Source: Bdellovibrionales bacterium (GTDB lineage Bacteria > Bdellovibrionota > Bdellovibrionia > Bdellovibrionales > JAGQZY01). From it: a stretch of 64,000 bases of DNA. The notes under the pieces were generated by a model. It was not told the DNA's origin. It saw only the letters and a program-made list of their open reading frames with translations, and did no database searches. How positions within the stretch are numbered: the stretch's first letter is position 1; each line of letters opens with the position of its first letter. A program made the translations under genes and the position numbers. This document shows positions 59,560 to 64,000 of this stretch, one piece after another. Where the stretch lies: NCBI GenBank assembly GCA_964230645.1, contig CAXRHT010000002.1, positions 1,568,001-1,632,000 of the forward strand, written 5' to 3'.

Positions 59560-61062
59560 TCACCCCCCGTTCCACAGGAAAGGAAGAGGATGTTGAGCCA
59601 TTTGAGTGACTGAGTTAGCGTAACTATGGCCTTTTCCGGCAGGCAAAACTCCACTGTAGGCAAAATTACCGTTGGCTGCGATATCGGCAGGAGAAAGGCC
59701 CATCGCCTGCATTATCGAAATGAGGAGCTGGTTATAATAGACTCCTCTCCCGCTGCCATTGACTCTTTTTCTATAATCAACATAATGTCCCGTTCTTAGG
59801 GAGCCACCTCCCGAACCAATTGTCACCATGGGTAAATGATACTGTTTGTGGGCTCCGGAATTGACACCTCCAAAGAGCACAACCGAGTTATCAAGGAAAG
59901 TTCGACCACTGCCCTCATTGGTGTCTAATTTTTGTAACAGAGGCACCATAATCGTTTCTACGATAAAACTCACATTATCAGCGACGACCTCTTTATGGTT
60001 GTAAGGAGCATCATGGGGATCGTTGTGGGACCAGTCGTGCCAATTGCTACTGGCATCTTGAGTTCCGGGCGCTCTTATGGCTGCTACCTTCGTTCGTCCA
60101 CACTTCATTCCCGCTGCTAAAATACTTGTATAAAGATCAAAAAACTGTTCACGCTCAGTGTTTGTTGAGCTTCCTCTTAAAGAAAGATCAGCTGGGAGCC
60201 CCCCCTTACCAGCACATTGCGCCACCGAGCTATTAAGCTTTTGCTGCAACTCGTGCACCTCATCGGCAAAACTTTCAACCGTGCGGATGTTTTCTGTACT
60301 GATATCGCGTCGGGCTTTAATCGAGTTTAAGTCACCAAGAACTTGATCCACTAAAGTCTTTTTGTTCGCCGCACGCGCCATCTCTTGCGGATCACTATCA
60401 TCAACGTCGCCACCGAAAAGGGAATTCCAAAGCGAGCGCAGATCGTTTTGCTGTGATACCCCTTTTGTTCCTTCACTGGGGTTACTTGGGTTGACAAGTA
60501 CTCGACTAGAAGCCGAACCATAAACTACCGATCTTGCTGAAGGCACTGTGGAATAAACTTTATTGTGAGCCGCTAAATATTGATCCACTGATGCCACATG
60601 AGGAAATTCAAGTTGGGAGTCTCTTGTTGGAGCTCCACTCCATTTTTTACGCAGCTGATGAAACTGCCCTAAGAAAGTGTAATCTCCATGGTTGCCCTTA
60701 TAAGTAGGCATATCCATGCCACGAATGACATTCATTTTTGAAATAAAAGGATTGAGTCCTGAGGAAAGCATTCTGGAAACCTCAGGGCGCCCACCCAGAT
60801 CGAGAGGACTATGATAAAAAGAATGACCATAATCTCCAGAGACTTCGGTACTCGCATCGTTAGCGGGATAAAATAAGGAACTGGAAATATTACCATGGGG
60901 GAGGTAAATACTAATAAACCTGGTATTCTGAACCGACTGAGCGAAAGCTTTCTGCGGAATAAGGGAATCGAGAAATGGAAGAGCTAATGCAATTTTTCCC
61001 GTACCTAATAAGAAATGTCTCCGACTGGACTTACAAAAATACAAGAACGAACCCCCAAACAA
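59560..61062 (-). CDS. DUF1552-family protein with Tat signal
   Basis: SRRHFL..G...LALPFL.SL, RF...Y.PHG, SVDQ, CGRT.V, H.WSH, EG.G.T.LDNSVV, H....LP....GSGGG.L.TG. Exact start uncertain (TTG at 61062 or 61044). Confidence 0.85.
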   Translation of the reverse strand: MFGGSFLYFCKSSRRHFLLGTGKIALALPFLDSLIPQKAFAQSVQNTRFISIYLPHGNISSSLFYPANDASTEVSGDYGHSFYHSPLDLGGRPEVSRMLSSGLNPFISKMNVIRGMDMPTYKGNHGDYTFLGQFHQLRKKWSGAPTRDSQLEFPHVASVDQYLAAHNKVYSTVPSARSVVYGSASSRVLVNPSNPSEGTKGVSQQNDLRSLWNSLFGGDVDDSDPQEMARAANKKTLVDQVLGDLNSIKARRDISTENIRTVESFADEVHELQQKLNSSVAQCAGKGGLPADLSLRGSSTNTEREQFFDLYTSILAAGMKCGRTKVAAIRAPGTQDASSNWHDWSHNDPHDAPYNHKEVVADNVSFIVETIMVPLLQKLDTNEGSGRTFLDNSVVLFGGVNSGAHKQYHLPMVTIGSGGGSLRTGHYVDYRKRVNGSGRGVYYNQLLISIMQAMGLSPADIAANGNFAYSGVLPAGKGHSYANSVTQMAQHPLPFLWNGG

Positions 61063-61084
61063 TTAGAGTTTTACCACTCTTTTA

Positions 61085-61111
61085 TTATCGGTCCGTTCTC
61101 GCCAAATGAAA
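61085..61111 (-). promoter_or_regulatory. Possible sigma-28 promoter of the DUF1552 operon
   Basis: Minus strand ACCGATAA -10 box; weak -35. Confidence 0.3.
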
Positions 61112-61270
61112 AATTGCAGTCTCATTTTGACTTATATAAAAAGTCACCTGTGCTTAAATTCTATTACAACTTGGAAATATTCGTTAATGTGCGAAATCTA
61201 TACAGTTATTCGATATTATAATTTTTAAATTCTTGAATTGAGATGGAGAGCCTAGACGGTAAGAATCTTC

Positions 61271-62401
61271 CTAGATTGTGATGTCGTCCTCTGAAAACTT
61301 ACGGTCACGACCTGTGGAAGTTATATCAAGCTCTCCCTCATTGACCTTGAAGAGTAGTGGCCGCCCGTATTCATCATTTTTATGAAGGGATAAACTTTCT
61401 ACTTGTTTTTCCTTGTCATATTTTACTCTTCTCCAGCCCTTTTCACCTGGAGAATCAAGAAGGGCCACGACATTGTTTTTATTACCTTTAAAATAGTTTT
61501 GCCACGCGCTCATTTTTTTCTCTGTTAGGATGACTCTTGAGTAATCAATAGCCGGCATGGAAATCGCTGAAAAGCATCCTGGCGCCCTATCCAGTGCCGT
61601 ATTGATAACTTCATCGACATTCGTAATGCCTTCGCTCAAAAGATTTTGTAATTTAGTGGCCAGATATTTTCTCGTATTATCCAACTGCTTTTTCTGAATC
61701 GCTTTTTTTCCAAATTCGTCTATGTATTTTAATACAAGGCCCTTGTCGGCATGGTTTTTTGATTCAACCACCATGCGGTAACGGGGAAGATATTCAGGCA
61801 TATTGAGATGCTCACGAGAATTGATGACTGTCATGAGATTGGCAATGCTGCCTGTGCTCTGGAAGGCTTTTTGGTCGGAATTTATGAGCTTGGTTAGCCT
61901 TTCTTTCGAACATTGAGGTTTTGCACTTAAAAACCTATGAGTTTTATGTATATATGATTTTTTTACATCCTCCCCAATGCTCTCCCAATCTTGCTGTGAG
62001 AATCTTTTCTCAAAAGATTGAATCCGGTTGTTAATGGCTTTACAAAACTTTTGGGCCTCCTTGACGTCATTTGCAAATTTATCCTCACTATCTTCCTTTT
62101 CATCCCCTTCCTCCTTCGAGTTTTCAATAATAGCCTTTAGTGACTGGCTCATACTTCCAAGAGCTATATTCTGACAAAGCTTAAATTTCTCGAACTCATC
62201 GGACTCTTTGTGAAATTTCCCAACAAGCTCTTTCATTTCAGCCGCCTGTTTTTCTCCAAGCTTTGCCGTTTTACCCAAAACCTCTTCAATCTCATTTTGT
62301 CCGGCCAATAAAGGGTCCTTTTTATCTTTATTAGCTTTGGTGCAAGAAATGATCAAAAAACTGAAGGTAAAAATGAATAGAATGGATAAAATATTTTTCA
62401 T
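61271..62401 (-). CDS. Lipoprotein with a C-terminal GspG-pseudopilin-like motif
   Basis: Lipobox IISC; C-terminus DEYGRPLLF...LDITSTGRDRKFSEDDI. Confidence 0.6.
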   Translation of the reverse strand: MKNILSILFIFTFSFLIISCTKANKDKKDPLLAGQNEIEEVLGKTAKLGEKQAAEMKELVGKFHKESDEFEKFKLCQNIALGSMSQSLKAIIENSKEEGDEKEDSEDKFANDVKEAQKFCKAINNRIQSFEKRFSQQDWESIGEDVKKSYIHKTHRFLSAKPQCSKERLTKLINSDQKAFQSTGSIANLMTVINSREHLNMPEYLPRYRMVVESKNHADKGLVLKYIDEFGKKAIQKKQLDNTRKYLATKLQNLLSEGITNVDEVINTALDRAPGCFSAISMPAIDYSRVILTEKKMSAWQNYFKGNKNNVVALLDSPGEKGWRRVKYDKEKQVESLSLHKNDEYGRPLLFKVNEGELDITSTGRDRKFSEDDITI

Positions 62402-62469
62402 GCATAATCCTTGTGATAATCCGTAATGAACACGGCTCTTAGTTTATAAGCTCAATTACAACAATCCCG

Positions 62470-63399
62470 TTATTTTTTCAGCCCCAAATTCTCAACCCAA
62501 GAGTCATACTGGTTCAGCGAGCCTGGCACAACCACTTCTACGTGTTCATTGGCTAGTTTTTTCATCGTACCTAAGTATTTTTCTTTGAGTTTGAGTTCGA
62601 AGGCTTCCTCACCCCCTGGGGTGGTTAGCACTTGACCGATTTTCTCGATAGACTCAGCTGTGGCTTTGGCTACAAGTAAAATTTCTTCCGCTTGTCCTTG
62701 GGCCTCATTGATTCTCTTTTCCATATTTCCCTCAGAAATATTGATCATTTCAGCCTTCATTCCCTCCGATCGATTGATACGAGATTGTTTGTCTCCCTCG
62801 CTGTTAGCGAGAATAGCCCTGCGGTCTCTTTCGGCTGTGACTTGCTTTTCCATAGCCGCTTGCACGGTTTCTGGGGGCGCAATGTTCTTAATTTCGTAAC
62901 GGTGCACGCGAATGCCCCAGGACTCACCGGCTTGATTGAGAACCTCAACGACTTTTGAGCTGATGAGGTCCCTTTCTTCAAAAGACTTGTCCAGATCAAG
63001 AGTTCCTATTACAGAGCGGGTCGTTGTTTGGGCCAGTTCAACGGCTGCAAACTCAAAGTCGGTCACTCCGTAGCTAGCTTTAGAGGAATCAATTACTGAC
63101 ATATAAATAACACCGTCAACAATAACATTCACCTCATCCATGGTGAAACAATCCTGAGGAGGCACATCAATCGTTCTTTCTTTTAAATCCTGAATGAATG
63201 TTACTTGATCGATGAAGGGTACGAGAGCATGGAATCCTGCCTCTAGAGTTTTATGATACTTACCCAAGCGTTCGACAATATAGGTTTTCCTAGTGGGCAC
63301 AATCCGAATGGACTGAATGAACTTAATGATGACAATTAAAAAGAACGCGCCCCAAAATATTAAATTAAAAACATCCCAAAAACTATTTATTCCAGACAT
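62470..63399 (-). CDS. SPFH/Band 7 (paraslipin-like) protein
   Basis: IVERLGKY..TL.AG, T.D.V...VDG, LAQTTTRSVIG...LD..FEER, WG..V.RYEIKNI, MEKQ..AER. Confidence 0.92.
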   Translation of the reverse strand: MSGINSFWDVFNLIFWGAFFLIVIIKFIQSIRIVPTRKTYIVERLGKYHKTLEAGFHALVPFIDQVTFIQDLKERTIDVPPQDCFTMDEVNVIVDGVIYMSVIDSSKASYGVTDFEFAAVELAQTTTRSVIGTLDLDKSFEERDLISSKVVEVLNQAGESWGIRVHRYEIKNIAPPETVQAAMEKQVTAERDRRAILANSEGDKQSRINRSEGMKAEMINISEGNMEKRINEAQGQAEEILLVAKATAESIEKIGQVLTTPGGEEAFELKLKEKYLGTMKKLANEHVEVVVPGSLNQYDSWVENLGLKK

Positions 63400-63409
63400 T
63401 CGAACCTCC

Positions 63410-64000
63410 TTACTTCAACGACTTCATGGGTTTAACAAGTTTTTCAGTGCCATCAAAAAAGGCCTTCAAATTGGCCATTCCTTCAGGAAGAACCGTGACC
63501 GAGGCTGCACCTAGGACTTTCTCCAATTCACCAATATATTGTTCAAGCAATTGCATTTTCACAGCCATGCTACCGCCAGGCTTGTTGACCGCTTGGGCGA
63601 CCATAGCCGAACCCTCTGCCGTAGCGTTAGCTAGTAACTCAATTTCTTTTGACTTTCCCTTGGCGTGATTGATTCTCTTTTGCTTTTCCCCTTGGGAGAT
63701 ATTGATACTTTCTTGCCTCATTCCTTCAGAAATGATGATCTGTTTTTCTTTTTCAGCGGTCGCAAGAGTAATATCAGCTCTCTTTGCACGCTCGGCCTCC
63801 ATCTGCTTTTCAAGGGTCACTAGTACGTGTCTTGAAGGCGCAACATTCTTGATTTCGTAGCGTAAAACTTTAATGCCCCAAGGGTTACTAGCCTCATCAA
63901 TTTCGCGAACGATTTTATCATTGAGTTCGTCTCTTTCACTGAAGATTCGACTTAAACTCAAACGGCCCACTTCCGAACGCATCGTCGTTTGCGCCAAGTT
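63410..64000 (-). CDS. SPFH/Band 7 (paraslipin-like) protein, 5'-truncated by the window edge
   Basis: LAQTTMRSEVG, WGIKVLRYEIKN, EKQMEAERAKRA. Confidence 0.9.
   Translation of the reverse strand, partial: NLAQTTMRSEVGRLSLSRIFSERDELNDKIVREIDEASNPWGIKVLRYEIKNVAPSRHVLVTLEKQMEAERAKRADITLATAEKEKQIIISEGMRQESINISQGEKQKRINHAKGKSKEIELLANATAEGSAMVAQAVNKPGGSMAVKMQLLEQYIGELEKVLGAASVTVLPEGMANLKAFFDGTEKLVKPMKSLK

Noticed and set aside
9020..61135. Recurrent intergenic GTC...GAC palindromes and CCGACTCA words (for example near 25837, 32841, 40776, 44346, 47373, 61118)
   Set aside because: Spacing is inconsistent and the words are short; they cannot be separated from chance without motif statistics.
1..64000. 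CRISPR array, tRNA or rRNA genes
   Set aside because: No regularly spaced direct repeats or rRNA-like tracts seen; the only tRNA-like ends belong to the tmRNA.
62470..64000. Tandem SPFH genes as a novel system
   Set aside because: Paired stomatin/paraslipin genes are a common, known arrangement.

Overview
Gene-dense bacterial chromosomal window, most likely from a member of Bdellovibrionota. The inference rests on many orphan secreted proteins with Y-x-N-C or C-x-x-[IL]-F motifs, an AgmX/PglI-type lipoprotein, a DUF1552/DUF1592 pair, and sigma-54/sigma-28 promoter-like sites. Housekeeping content includes a menaquinone-type prenylation cluster with rsmJ, pepN, a ClpX paralogue lacking the zinc finger, tmRNA (tag GESFAPAMAA), hrpB, an MFS-acyltransferase fusion, two hybrid histidine kinases, two PQQ/sorbosone-type dehydrogenases, a TonB-dependent receptor and tandem SPFH genes. 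The most notable region is a mosaic island downstream of tmRNA (about 28.95-34.56 kb). It holds a redox module (HxlR, flavodoxin-fold oxidoreductase, peroxiredoxin) bracketed by repeats resembling the tmRNA T-arm. Next is a RAYT/Y1 transposase between 24-bp inverted repeats. A visibly AT-rich 3-kb cargo then follows, bounded by an 11-bp direct repeat derived from the same repeat. Other highlights are a bacteriophytochrome with no output domain, a translationally coupled adenosine-deaminase-like/LMW-PTP/fructosamine-kinase operon, a secreted pseudokinase, and several sigma-54 sites implying near-leaderless transcripts. All family calls come from motif recognition by eye; no searches were run.
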